This document shows positions 39,501 to 52,400 of a DNA stretch of 64,000 nt, piece after piece (the first letter of the stretch is position 1; every line of letters starts with the position of its first letter). The notes beneath the pieces were generated by a model. The model was given only the letters and a program-made list of their open reading frames with translations. It had not been told where the DNA came from and ran no database searches. Source of the stretch: Laetmonice hystrix (taxonomy: Eukaryota). Location: assembly GCA_965235115.1 (NCBI GenBank), contig OZ249453.1, forward strand, positions 1,984,001 through 2,048,000. Reading direction: 5' to 3'. Position numbers and translations under genes: made by a program.

Positions 39501-42500
39501 CCAATTTTCCTGTAAATGTTTCCATTGATTTCACGATGTGACAACACACAGCGGAAACAAAGGGGCTCTCGCGAGAGGGTTTCTCGCGAGACGTTGCCAG
39601 TAACGTGATTTCGTTGGGCCTGTTTTCCCAGCACGATGTGAGCGGGTCGTGGCGTGATGTTTATGTATGGTACGACCACGTTAATGTACCACCCCATGCA
39701 CAGGTCAATAGGTCAACGCCCTGCCCCGCGCAGATGGAGACAGGTGTGAGGGTGGCTACATTTTACGTCTTTCCTGGAAGCTATTTCAGCCTTTGGAAAT
39801 TAAAGTGAACTCATTCGTCGCGGAAATGGTCGAGGTGTGCCCCTAATGAAATTTTAAAATTTCCAGCCGGGGAGATGGATTACTTTTTGTGCAGTTCGTT
39901 GTGAGACCAGAGTCCCAACAATGAGGAGCATGGTTAGGTTGGGCTGATGAGCGTGTGATGTGATTGTAGTATTCTCTCACGTTTACAGTCATGTTTGTCG
40001 ATACTGTCTGCCTTCTCCCGGACTGTGAAGAGGCCTAGATCCAGGTGCAATGCGCCCCCCCCCCGAGGGGGTGGGGGTTATTCTACCCCCATCCCGTCGA
40101 GGTGTTGTTCTGCCCACCATGATCGACCTGTTATTGTGCCTGTGGCGCTTACACGGCTTGGCAGCTGGTGAGGCGAGCGAACCACACAAAGGCTGGCGCC
40201 TCTGACTGTACCGAATAGAGGGTGTGGGTTTGGAGGTGGGTGGCGCCTGTTGAAGCGTCAGTGAAAGGGGAGGGGGTACCTGCGGGTGGACTCAAGGGTT
40301 GGGACGCCAGGGTGAGATGCAGGGAATAGTCTGTCGGGGGGTATTGGTATTGGGTGATGAATGGAGGGGAGGAGGAGGAGGAGGAGAAGGAGGAGGGGGA
40401 GAGGAGGAGGGAGAGAGGAGGGAGAGGCTTTGGCGGGCAGCGTCTGTACGTATGCAGGTGTAAACCGTTGTATGTATGGCGACCCTGTACCCCACGGCAT
40501 AATTCCTCATCAGTCTGCGCCACACCCAACCAACACCCACTCCACACCCAACCCACACCCACTGCACACCCAACTCATACCCACTGTCTCTGTATACCCA
40601 CACCCACTCCACACCCAACTCATACCCACTGTCTCTGTACACCCACACCCACTCCACACCCAACTCATACCCACTGTCTCTGTACACCCACACCCACTCC
40701 ACACCCAACTCATACCCACTGTCTCTGTACACCCACACCCACTCCACACCCACCCCATACCCACTGTCTCTGTACACCAACACCCACTCCACACCCAACT
40801 CATACCCACTGTCTCTGTACACCCACACCCACTCCACACCCACCCCATACCCACTGTCTCTGTACACCCGTACTTGTCGCATTCGATCCCTACTCGACTA
40901 TATATTTAGACCATGCCGACAACGACAGTCGGTTTCCAGACTCGTACACGCCATAAATATACCTGCCATCGATAGAGGGCATGATATAAATATAGCCGGA
41001 CCGATATATTGGATACAGTAGCAGGTCTTAAAGGTTTCTACATGTCAGGTCGACGTCTATAGACGGCAGTGTCGGGTATCTATGAAAACCAGGTATATTG
41101 TCAGCAGTCAACGTTAACTTCGGTGTAATTACAGCAAAAACAGTCAAGCATTACCTACAGTGGGGTTCTTGATAACCTTAAAAAGTTACTCTAAAAAAAG
41201 ATAGAAAGGCAACAAGGAGCTTTATTACAGGTAATATACACAAGTTTATTGCCTTTTTTCTGCAGTGGTTGTCATGATGTCCTGCCTATATCGCCGATCT
41301 CTGCAGAGAGAATTGGCTGGCACAAGTGTGGATTACAGTCCAGAGGTCGCCCCTGTATGAGGCAGGGAGGGGGAGGGGGTGTTCACAGCGGTGGGAGGCC
41401 CGTGTGTCGCCGGCGACGGGCACTGTCAACGATACAAACCGTCAACTCTTTATGCTACTCTGATCGGAGCCGGCTGCAGCCGACCGCTACCATATACTAC
41501 TCACGGCCTGCAGGTCCCGCTACAACCGACCGCTACCATATACTACTCACAGTCCGCGGGTCCCGCTACAGCGGCCCGCTACCATATACTACTCACAGTC
41601 AGCGGGTCCCGCTACAACCGACCGCTACCATATACTACTCACAGTCAGCGAGTCCCGCTACAGCCGACCGCTACCATATACTACTCACAGTCAGCGGGTC
41701 CCGCTACAGCCGACCGCTACCATATACTACTCACAGTCAGCGGGTCCCGCTACAGCGGCCCGCTACCATATACTACTCACAGTCAGCGGGTCCCGCTACA
41801 GCCGACCGCTACCATATACTACTCACAGTCCGCGGGTCCCGCTACAGCCGACCGCTACCATATACTACTCACAGTCCGCGGGTCCCGCTACGGCCGACCG
41901 CTACCAGATACTACTCACGGCAGGTGGCGGGCCGACTGGGGCAGGCCAGTGGCAAGGACCATCCGGGCAATTCCGCCGAGACTTCTTGAGGTCTCAGTAC
42001 ACAGATTTGTTGCTTTTATCTCTACCTCAGATTACAAGAACAATTGCTTGTTCCTCGCCCCTTGCTGATTGCTGGTTTGTCCAGCGACGTCAGGCTGGAT
42101 TGTTGGGGGCCGGGGAGGGGGACGGTGGCGCTCAGAGACCAGGGTGGTGGTGGGGGTGGGGGGTGGGGGGTGGGGGTGGAGGGGAAAGTTATCTCCTGTG
42201 TAGCAGTACTCACAGCCGTAAAACTCCACCGCCAACCGTCGCCGCCTCCTGTCGCTGCTATCAGGGAGTGAACTACTATTATCTTGTTTGACATTTTGTT
42301 GTATACGCAAGCGAAATATTCTCCCGTCTTTACAACTCCTCTTCCGCTCGCTTCTAAATACAAATGAACAAAGAGAAAAAAACACATCAAAAGGATATTT
42401 TCAATTTTAGTGTTTCAACCCATCTTTCTGCGTCGTCCTCCTCTTTGAGAGAACGAGGCGGTTAAAGTGGTGCGTATGTAATGCTTGGATGAGTATGCAT

Positions 42501-43246
42501 TGTTGCCGGCGAACACAGTGGAGTTATTAACATCGTCTACTTGAGCTGGGCACGGAGAGTGCAATACTCGCAACATTTACAGAATCGGAGTGGAATGTTA
42601 GAGGTGATGCATCAATCGACACGACACTGGGTAATGGCAGGCTCGCCCGGCTCACAAAACAAAACCAAATTAGTGCGAATTGAAATAAGGTGTAGGCTGA
42701 TGGTGTTAATGTCTCATAAATATGGGTGTAATGTAGTGACTGGGTGGAGAGCTCGGCTTGTAATCAAACAAGGAATAACTCATGTAATCAGCTTCATGTA
42801 ACCAATCACAATGTGCTTGCAGCGGCCACTCCTACATCAAACTATTACTCATTCTCAACGTCCGTGCCACCATGGCAAAAAGAAACATACAGTTCGAAAC
42901 AAAAACATAAAGACGTGGATAAATAGTCTTCAAGATGTTTGATAAGTTGTCGAAATTGTTTCTTCTGGAGGTGGTAGAAAAAAGGGGGGAGCTCCCCTCG
43001 CCCCGTCCTGGAGGGAGTGATCACTTTCATTAACACTTCTAATTATTGCCACGACATAGTCGCANNNNNNNNNNNNNNNNNNNNNNNNNNNNNNNNNNNN
43101 NNNNNNNNNNNNNNNNNNNNNNNNNNNNNNNNNNNNNNNNNNNNNNNNNNNNNNNNNNNNNNNNNNNNNNNNNNNNNNNNNNNNNNNNNNNNNNNNNNNN
43201 NNNNNNNNNNNNNGCAGCAGCAGCAGCAGCAGCCAGCAGCCAGCAG

Positions 43247-43283
<37 letters not shown>

Positions 43284-43422
43284 GCAGCAGCAGCAGCCTG
43301 CAGCAGCAGCAGCAGCAGCCAGCAGCCAGCAGCAGCAGCAGCAGCAACAGCAGCCAGCAGCAGCAGCAGCCAGCAGCCAGCAGCCAGCAGCAGCAGCTAG
43401 CCGTTGCAGCTGCAGCAGCAGC

Positions 43423-43470
<48 letters not shown>

Positions 43471-46400
43471 GCAGCCAGCAGCAGCAGCAGCCAGCAGCCA
43501 GCAGCCAGCAGCAGCAGCTAGCCGTTGCAGCTGCAGCAGCAGCCAGCAGCAGCAGCAGCCAGCAGCAGCAGCCAGCAGCAGCAGCCAGCAGCAGCAGCCA
43601 GCAGCAGCAGCCAGCAGCCTGCAGCCAGCAGCAGCAGCTAGCCGTTGCAGCTGCAGCAGCAGCCAGCAGCAGCAGCAGCCAGCAGCAGCAGCCAGCAGCA
43701 GCAGCCAGCAGCAGCAGCCAGCAGCAGCAGCCAGCAGCCAGCAGCCAGCAGCCAGCAGCAGCAGCTAGCCGTTGCAGCTGCAGCAGCAGCCAGCAGCAGC
43801 AGCAGCCAGCAGCAGCAGCCAGCAGCAGCAGCCAGCAGCAGCAGCAGCAGCAGCAGCCAGCAGCAGCAGCCAGCAGCAGCAGCCAGCAGCAGCAGCCAGC
43901 AGCCAGCAGCAGCAGCCAGCAGCCTGCAGCCAGCAGCAGCAGCAGCCAGCAGCCAGCAGCCAGCAGCAGCAGCTAGCCGTTGCAGCTGCAGCAGCAGCCA
44001 GCAGCAGCAGCAGCCAGCAGCAGCAGCCAGCAGCAGCAGCAGCCAGCAGCAGCAGCCAGCAGCAGCAGCCAGCAGCAGTTGCNNNNNNNNNNNNNNNNNN
44101 NNNNNNNNNNNNNNNNNNNNNNNNNNNNNNNNNNNNNNNNNNNNNNNNNNNNNNNNNNNNNNNNNNNNNNNNNNNNNNNNNNNNNNNNNNNNNNNNNNNN
44201 NNNNNNNNNNNNNNNTGCAGCCAGCAGCAGCCAGCAGCAGTTGCAGCCAGCAGCAGTTGCAGCCAGCAGCAGCAGCAGCAGCAGCCAGCAAGCACTTCCC
44301 GCCACCCTCACATTGTCCCAGTGCTCCTATCGTTCCCATCTTTTCATTACTTACAGCAAACAGGCCAAGTTCTCTGAAGATTACTATGCAAATGAGGAAC
44401 TCAATTGTGGCGCATTACTTCTGCTTCAGTGGAGGAAACACTTTGGGTTTTTAACACCCAGCAACATGTTCTTGGCGCCTTTTTCTTCCACAGTCTTATC
44501 CTATTGTCTCGATAATAATGAACGTTCTTGCAGGTTGTATCATTTCGAAGTAAACTACAAATCCTCTTAGCGTTTTTTCAGTTATAGAGACACCATTGCA
44601 TTTAATCCCTTTTACGATTCTTTGAGATGGTCTTAGTGATTTTATTGCCCCCCTACCAAGTCTTTTACCGCCGGCTGTCAGATAAATTGGTTCTTATATT
44701 CAGCCATAGTCGACTGAGCGGAGAGTGTTAGTTGGGCAGACTATATGTTGGCTTCAGTGTGTGCCTTCTCGGCAGATGTGATACGTTACCCGGGTGTGTG
44801 CATCTGGAAGCAAGCTGGAGTTGGCACTGGAGTAATCAAAACTCCTGCGTCAAGGCGCACAGAAGGACGGAGCCAGCACAGATCTCCAGCAGGCGGCAGA
44901 CGATGGAGGCTATGTTAGAAAAACAAAGTAACAGACGAAAAGTAGCGCCCACGACTTCAGAGTCCGACTGAGGACGGGAAATTACCTCCCGATGTCTGCC
45001 TCTCAAGTTTTGCTCACCGCCAAAACGCCGCGTGCCTTTGAGGACCCATCCCCACGTGACAAACAGTGTTTCCTCCTTGAGATGCACTTCATCACCTCCT
45101 CCTGACCCTATCCGGGCAGCTGCCGACCACCAACCACGCTCCCAGGGGCCATTGGTGGGGGAGGGGGGGGGCCAAACGATGGCTGTGGCTTCCACACGAT
45201 CGTCTGTGGTTCTGGACACACCGAACAATTTAAGGTTATCCACCATGTTCAATATCTTAAACGGTGCCATAACGTCACAGCGGCCAGGGCGGCGCCGGGA
45301 CCGTGCATTTAGTGGCGGGTTTCCCGGAGTTTTCTCTAAATGGTCCCAAGTTAAAAGCCATGAAGTGAGGGCTGGCAAACAGTTGGCTTTCTAACTCCTG
45401 CACAGGTCGATGGAGCTTCTCGACGTGTTTTCTCAGAGACCCCCGGCCACACGAAATGAAAACAATGGGCTGCAGGTATTTGTCCAAGTCGGTATCGACT
45501 TGCAGACCGGCTGCTGGGAGGCATGTATCGATCGATGTCGTTTAGAGAGACAATAAGTGAAGAGCAATACCCAGATTCTGGACCTAGCAATCCTTCATCT
45601 GTCTCACCACACACACCGACTCCAAGACACGTCGTTCATAGTGGAAAGTCAAAGTAAATCTCAGCTATGACCCACACATAAATTAGGTATGGAGGTGCCT
45701 CAGGTTGGGGAGTAGTAAGTTGATGATCTACTAATGTTGCCATGCACCAAATGGTGCCAGCCGCCTGTTTTCATCAACACCCCCACGGTGGGTGAACAGA
45801 GACACTGCCGTCTCCGTCAGAAACCCCAGGTGTGCGTTTCTCGGCGACGGTCTCCGAATAAAGACTATTGTATCCGCTGCCATATATCGCAGCCACTCGC
45901 GGAGATCAAAGGGAAGCAGCGTTGTCTGTGAGACAGGGAATCGGAACGCTGCGGGGGGTAACGCCGGGTCCGGATGAACGCTGAGTGAGTCGGCGGCGGC
46001 TGTTGTCAGGGGGGACACCCCCTACCCGCACCCCTCGTCCCTGCCGGCCCGCCACCTCCACCGTCTCCCAACGCATGACTGCGTCCCAGCCGTGGAGGAT
46101 GTGTTTAATCCGACTCAATAATCACACGCTGGCGCCCACTGTTTCTATCTCATGATAATCCGACGCTTTTTGATTCCTTCTGATGTCTCGCCATCACGGT
46201 GGCGTCGGTCGTTGCCATCCCCTCTGATGGTGGCCGGGTGCCTTTAAGAGCAAAGTATTGCCTTAAATCCGCCAACAGTTTTATGGAATTCTTAAAAGGA
46301 TTCCGTGTTTTTATATCTTAAAAGGATTCATAAGCGGCAGATTTAGAGCTTTGAAAGTCAAGCGTTGTGATCGTCATCGTAAAGTTAACGTATGCCGAGT

Positions 46401-49400
46401 TTTGTGTCGGTTGGAGTGACAGATTGATGTGTCTGAGATTAGGCATGGCACGTGGCATAACACCACAAAAAGTAAATCCATCCTTTGGCGGTAAACGGAC
46501 TTGTCGGGATGATCTACGTGTGGCTGTCCCCACGCAGGTGTTAGGGTGAAAGGTGTGATTAGGGCCATATAAAATAATCGGTGGAAGTTTAAGGTGAGCT
46601 ATGGATCATAAAGTTTCCTATACCGGTAATTACGTACATAATGTTAGCGGTACATGTGAAAACGCATGCCGAGGTATAGGAGTAATTCTAAGTGTACGTT
46701 TCGTCTGGAGAATCACAGTTTATGACACGTCGCGTAAAATAGGAAAATTCCGTGGCTCTCAGAGCCTTATCACTTCAAGGAATCATCTAACGTGAAGTCC
46801 AACTCGCACACAGGCCCACACCTCAACACCCACAGTCCCATATTAAGATGGAAGTTTCTTGTATTGACAAAGCAGCATGACATTCATGAAACCAGGCATG
46901 TTTCTCGCCGTCCTATTGTGTATGCGCATTCGTTTAGATTTGATAGGAAACAGAGAGATGGGGTAAATATTTCATTGATATATTATCCCGATTGATAATA
47001 TAATGTATTTAGGCGGGCGGACCCAATTAGAACTGTCTTCTGTTTCATGGACTTTGTTATTGGCCCCCTCAGGGAACAAGGCATCTTTGCGCGAAATTCA
47101 TTAAAGCGGCCTTTTAAGAGGGATTTTAGGTATAAATGGAGATGACAGTGTCATTTTTATGCAGAATCCTGCAACTTTGATGAAACATAAAATGGGAGCT
47201 CAGTGTAGCGGAAGGTAATTATAGATGGCGCGTGCCGGGGGGGTTGTGTTGTGTTGGTAGAGTTAGGTGCTAACTTGATTACTGCGTCTTTGAGGGACCG
47301 GGCGTGGCGGGGTGTGTGTGTGGGGGGGGGGGGGGGGGGAGGGGGGGGGGTCGGAAGGTGCAGGCGGGAGGGGAGCGGGAGGAGGGGAGACTGCAGAGTC
47401 TGCTAAAACACGGACCGTGCATGGTCACGTGATGACCTGTTGAAGTTGTGGATAAAGTGATCAAACATGACAACAGCATTCCTTTCAAGATCAGAAACAA
47501 ATTAGGATTTGGAGAATAAAGTCGGATAAAAATTGCCTCCCTTCCCCCATCTCCCCCACACCCCACCCCCCACACCCGCACCCTCACCCCCACCCCCACC
47601 CCACACACCACGTGACACACAAGTGAACGTGTCGCGTCTAACATCGACTTGGCCACGGCCACACCGTGCTGCAGGCAGGGGGTGGAGTGGGAGGGGGTGG
47701 CTGGGGGTAGGAGGGGGTGGGAGGGGGTGTTTCCGACAGGTCCTGGAGCAGGGTGAGGAAGGCGGACACTGCTCGCCCATGACAATAACCTATATGTCCT
47801 GATCTGGCTCATTACCATAGGAATGTGGCACGGCCGCCATGATGTGTCCAAGGCCTGAGCTCCTCCGCTGATATTCCTCACCCTCAACCATCTTTAACAC
47901 TTCCCAAAACTCTTAGTACTAATCCGTATGAGAACCAGATCATCTCCCCACTCCAAGGCCGAGGAATATCACCAGTAACACGATATTCCCAAGATAGCAC
48001 CGGCATTAAGATTTAATATTAAAAGCTATAACCCATATCGCTCGGTATCGATTAGAACATCGCTTGTATTCAGTAAAACTCCAGCAGCAGAGTGTTTCAG
48101 TACTGCGCCGGTCTCAATGTGTGGCGACGTAATCTGACATTGAATATGGAGATCCCCCACACGGGGATATGCAGCGATTTATAATTGACAGCGGCGGTTT
48201 CTTTGTACGGGCGGTGATCAGAGTTGTGAAGGAGACAGGATGCTGTCAAGGTGATGGGGTACTGGTAGTGGACTTGTAATACATCTGTGATATTTACAAA
48301 ACGTGTGACCTGTGTGTTAGGTGGATGTTATAGCTCCATGAATACAACAGGATCCTTGATTTACCGATGTGAGACTCGAACTATGCTGTACGCACGTGGG
48401 CAGATGATAAGTCAGCGCCATGTTAATTACTGGCGTTCCCCGCCTGGCCTCGTTTTGATTCATTGTGCCATTCGGCCGTTGCCCCAGCGAACCCTCTAAT
48501 ATCGCCCACCGCCGCCAGGCCCCCAGTTTCATTTAGTGCCGGTTTGCCCAGCTGCAGCAAAGATTGGCGTCTCGTGGCCTCCACAGATTACTCTTATCAC
48601 GTGGTCTACAAGGGTCGTGAACGCCCCCTAGCGGGAAGCTTCTGCCTGTGGGTCCCTGTTTAATCAATACATAATAAATCGAGCATTGTGATTGATGGAT
48701 CCCATACGTGTCACGTGAGGCGATACGAGAGAATCCGAGATCACCACAGATAAAGGGACGCAAGGATGGCAGCTTTTCTAAAGCCGTTCGACCTCCCGAA
48801 CATCTTGTCACTGTTGCTGGAAATAATCAACGACTACTTTTCTATACAGGATCGGCATTTGTAGATTGACATCGATAAGTCGCCAGACTGTGCACATCAA
48901 ATCGGGATGGTTCTGACCAATATAGGGGATCGCTTATCCAAGATTGGAAAAATAACGCCACCAATCTGCCTGTATGCCTGACATGGTGGTCTATCTTCTC
49001 CAGAATATCTCGATCTGTGCAGTTACTGAGCGTGTAGCCCAATTAGAAAACGGCCACTCTCTGTAAACGACTCCAAACTCAACCAAAGCACTCGATAAAA
49101 ACAGCATTAATACTCTTATTACCTCCGCCTCGTAGGCCTACAATTTTTCTCTGTCCAAGATTAGCACAAGCAATCAATAATGACGTATTTATTACACTAG
49201 AAGGGGATCCCGTCTTCCCAGTCAGCGCTGGCTTTACGTCGAGACTTTGGTTGGGTGAGACTTCTGTCAGACCATGAGGTAATCCTCAAACCGGCTATGA
49301 AGTGAAAACGGAGGACGGCGCTTTCACTTCAGTCAAAGCTTGACATGAAGGATTTCCCTTCCACCAGGATGAGCTGACAGCGATAGCGAGCTGAGTAGGC

Positions 49401-52400
49401 AACATGGCGCTGACGTGAAGCTAGGCCGGATGTTTGCTTAGGTGTGACCCTCCGCCCGCCCGTCACTATCTGTCATTTATCAATACTTTATGATGTAGTT
49501 ACATCGACTAGATAAACGAGCCCCGGTATTATTATCCGACATAAAGACATGCCCAGCGATGTTTTAGAACTGTCCGCAATCAAAAGCATCTTCAGTGGAT
49601 ATCAACAACAACAGCAGCTGATTGAAGAACACGAGTCGACAGAACAACGACAACGTTGTCAGGGTATCGGTAGTAAACGTGACGTCACAATCAGTGGACG
49701 CGCGCTGAGCGTTCTTTGATCAGAGATAGGACCACGGTGTGGGCTGATGTGGTTGTACATGTAGCCGTATCAGTTACATATTCCACCCGACATCGCGCTG
49801 TCTAACAAGGCATCCCTCTACAAGATAATTACCCTATCATTTCCCCTCAACCGTGTTTTATCTTCGCTTTCATCCCATCTTCTTGTGGAAATAATCCTGT
49901 GGACAAAACAAAACGCTTAGTTACACAACTGTTTTTATAGTTGATGTCAGTGATCAACCGCAAAGACTGCCACAACCCGCTCTCAGGGGGGAATACACCA
50001 CTGAGGGGCAGGAAGTTGAGGTTAGGGCTCGCTTTAGGCCAAGCCCTAACCTCTCCCAACAACGAGGTGCATTGTTGTCAGCCGGAAGTCGTTTTTCAAA
50101 CGCGGCGTTTCCTCATGGCATCCACCGGAAGTGTGGAGATCCTCAGCAATTGGAACCGGAAGAGTCCGTCCAGTCTCCCAGCAATCGGAATAAACCACTT
50201 GGCATCTGTACAAATTGATCATGATACAGGCGAATAACGAATGACTTCGCTCAATGCTTTCCTTGGAAGTCCCTTCTTTACCAGTCATACATTCTCTGCA
50301 AGGTCTCGGGGAACATGTTGAGATCAGTGGAGTCCACGTCAGCGGACGGAGATCAGAATGCTAAATCAAGGGCACATGTCCAATACATAATGGCGGCGAG
50401 TATTCTGTGGGATTGTGATAATCCAGAGACGAGGGAGGGGGAAACCTTGATCTCTTGTCATTTCTCCGAGAGGCAAGGTTTGCTAAAGGATAAGTAGTCT
50501 TTGTGTATGGTGGCACAAAGTCGTCTGCTCCGTCAGGGTCAAGTTCACCCGTCTCTTTCCTCCACACATCACGGGCCCAGGTCAGGACACCCGCCCGGCA
50601 GATCGCAAACATCGTGTATCATCGCGAGACTTGGTCGGCTGGCCGAGATCCAGGAACAGATAGCGACGCCAATGTTTGATGACCTTGACCGAGAGAATGT
50701 CTATAGCACGGAGTCATCAGTAGGGGGGAGTTGATGATCACACCACCGACTGCTTCATCCTGACCGCTGACTGGATTCACTCAGAGACTATCGCCTCACG
50801 GAAAGATAAAAACACAAGATGTGTGAGGAGATCATGCACCCTGACCAAACACAACACTTGACCTGCCCATGATGCTACTCAAAATGGAGATCGATGACGG
50901 CTGGGTGAGCAGGCGATGGGGTGGGGGCTAAACTGGACTCGCCTTTCATTGAGAGCCCCCGCAGCGCCACCAACGGCGACGCGTCGAACCATGAAATCTA
51001 ACATTCCCAGTCACATGACCAGAAACACCGATCAACACCGAAATATTGACGTCCGTATCCGTGACCGACTACGGCCTTCAGGAGCCCTCAATGGGCTCAT
51101 CTTTATGACCCTTACAACAGTAGAAATGCTTGTAAACCAAACGGCGTCTATTTAATTTGTCCGTGTCATGTAGAAACATCAGTTGTCATGCAAGCCGGGC
51201 TTTAGTCACTCCCGTTTGATAGCGGGTTTCTGCTTTCAATCGTCATTCGTCGTAGCCTCGTTAGCTTCTGCCGAGCGAACCTTTTAGACTCGCTCTCGGA
51301 AAGCGCCAAGGACACGCAAGAATGATATAAAGTCAGACCTTGTGGCCCGGCATCACGTAACGTGAACCAGGGGCAAGGTGCTCCTAATGGCTTCATCCGG
51401 GTACTGTGGGCGGTAACGGCCCGGGCCATGTGAACGGAAGTTCTCCGACCGGAACTTGTACCGGACTGCGCGCGCAGCGTGGCAGTTAGTCGGGCTTGCT
51501 GTGATTTGCCACTCCCAGGTTCGGTTTCAATCAACGCTTTAATATGATCACAATGTGTATACAAACGGGAAACTGACTAGGTGGAGTTCACCTTCAGGCA
51601 ATCTTAAATCTGATCTCCATTTTGATTGGAGATTGGGTGCGGGGCTGAGTTGCTACTGAAGACTGGGATGTAGACGGTTTCGGCCCTCACAGAGGGGAGA
51701 GCTCAACATATCCGCTTGGTGTTTAGGATAATTGGTATTTATGGATCAAACGGATGTGATTTTTTTTAGTTAAGAAGATAATACACGGATATGCTGACTT
51801 AGCTGTTAGGGTGTGTTAGAGTTGTTGACATCCGTAATGCCACTTGACGTCAGTCACAGTCATATCAATGTCAGGTGAGCGAAGTCTAAACGGAAGATGA
51901 CAGTCATGACAATCGTCAGTTGCCGACGCACATGTTCATTTAATAGCGCTAGGTTCACTTATAAAAAGACCATTGATCATGCCACAATTAGCAGGCGCGC
52001 TTCCCGGGCAGACGACAGGCTATTGTGACGTCATCAGGTGAATTACCGCAGTAAATGAACGCGCGCCGCACCAACAAAACAACACGTCACGTGGAAAAGA
52101 CGGCCGTCCGGCTTGCTACCAACATGTCTCTAAAATACAGGTTAAATATTTAAAAAAAAGACTGAAAACAACTAATGGAGATGTACGGAAGACAGGTATG
52201 ACAAATACAACACGAGGAGATAGATAGAGTTTCCTCATACGAGTGAAGGAAACCTGATCGGTTAGACAGAAGAAGAGGCGGAGCAGAGAAAAAAAACGTT
52301 CATTTCACAAGTTACGGATATGTTTCTTCACGCTGACATTTTCCGATTACATCTGCTGCTCGAGGCAGACTTCCCAAAAGACTCACCTTTCTCCATTAGA

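Noticed and set aside
43046-44570. PolyQ/polyA/polyS ORFs
   Set aside because: CAG/CAGC mixture shifts frame repeatedly, ORFs span N gaps, and it lies in an intron without credible splice sites.
49549-49719. 56-aa ATG-initiated sORF (MPSDVLELSAIKSIFSGYQQQQQ...)
   Set aside because: Length expected by chance and no recognisable homology; needs Ribo-seq or conservation.
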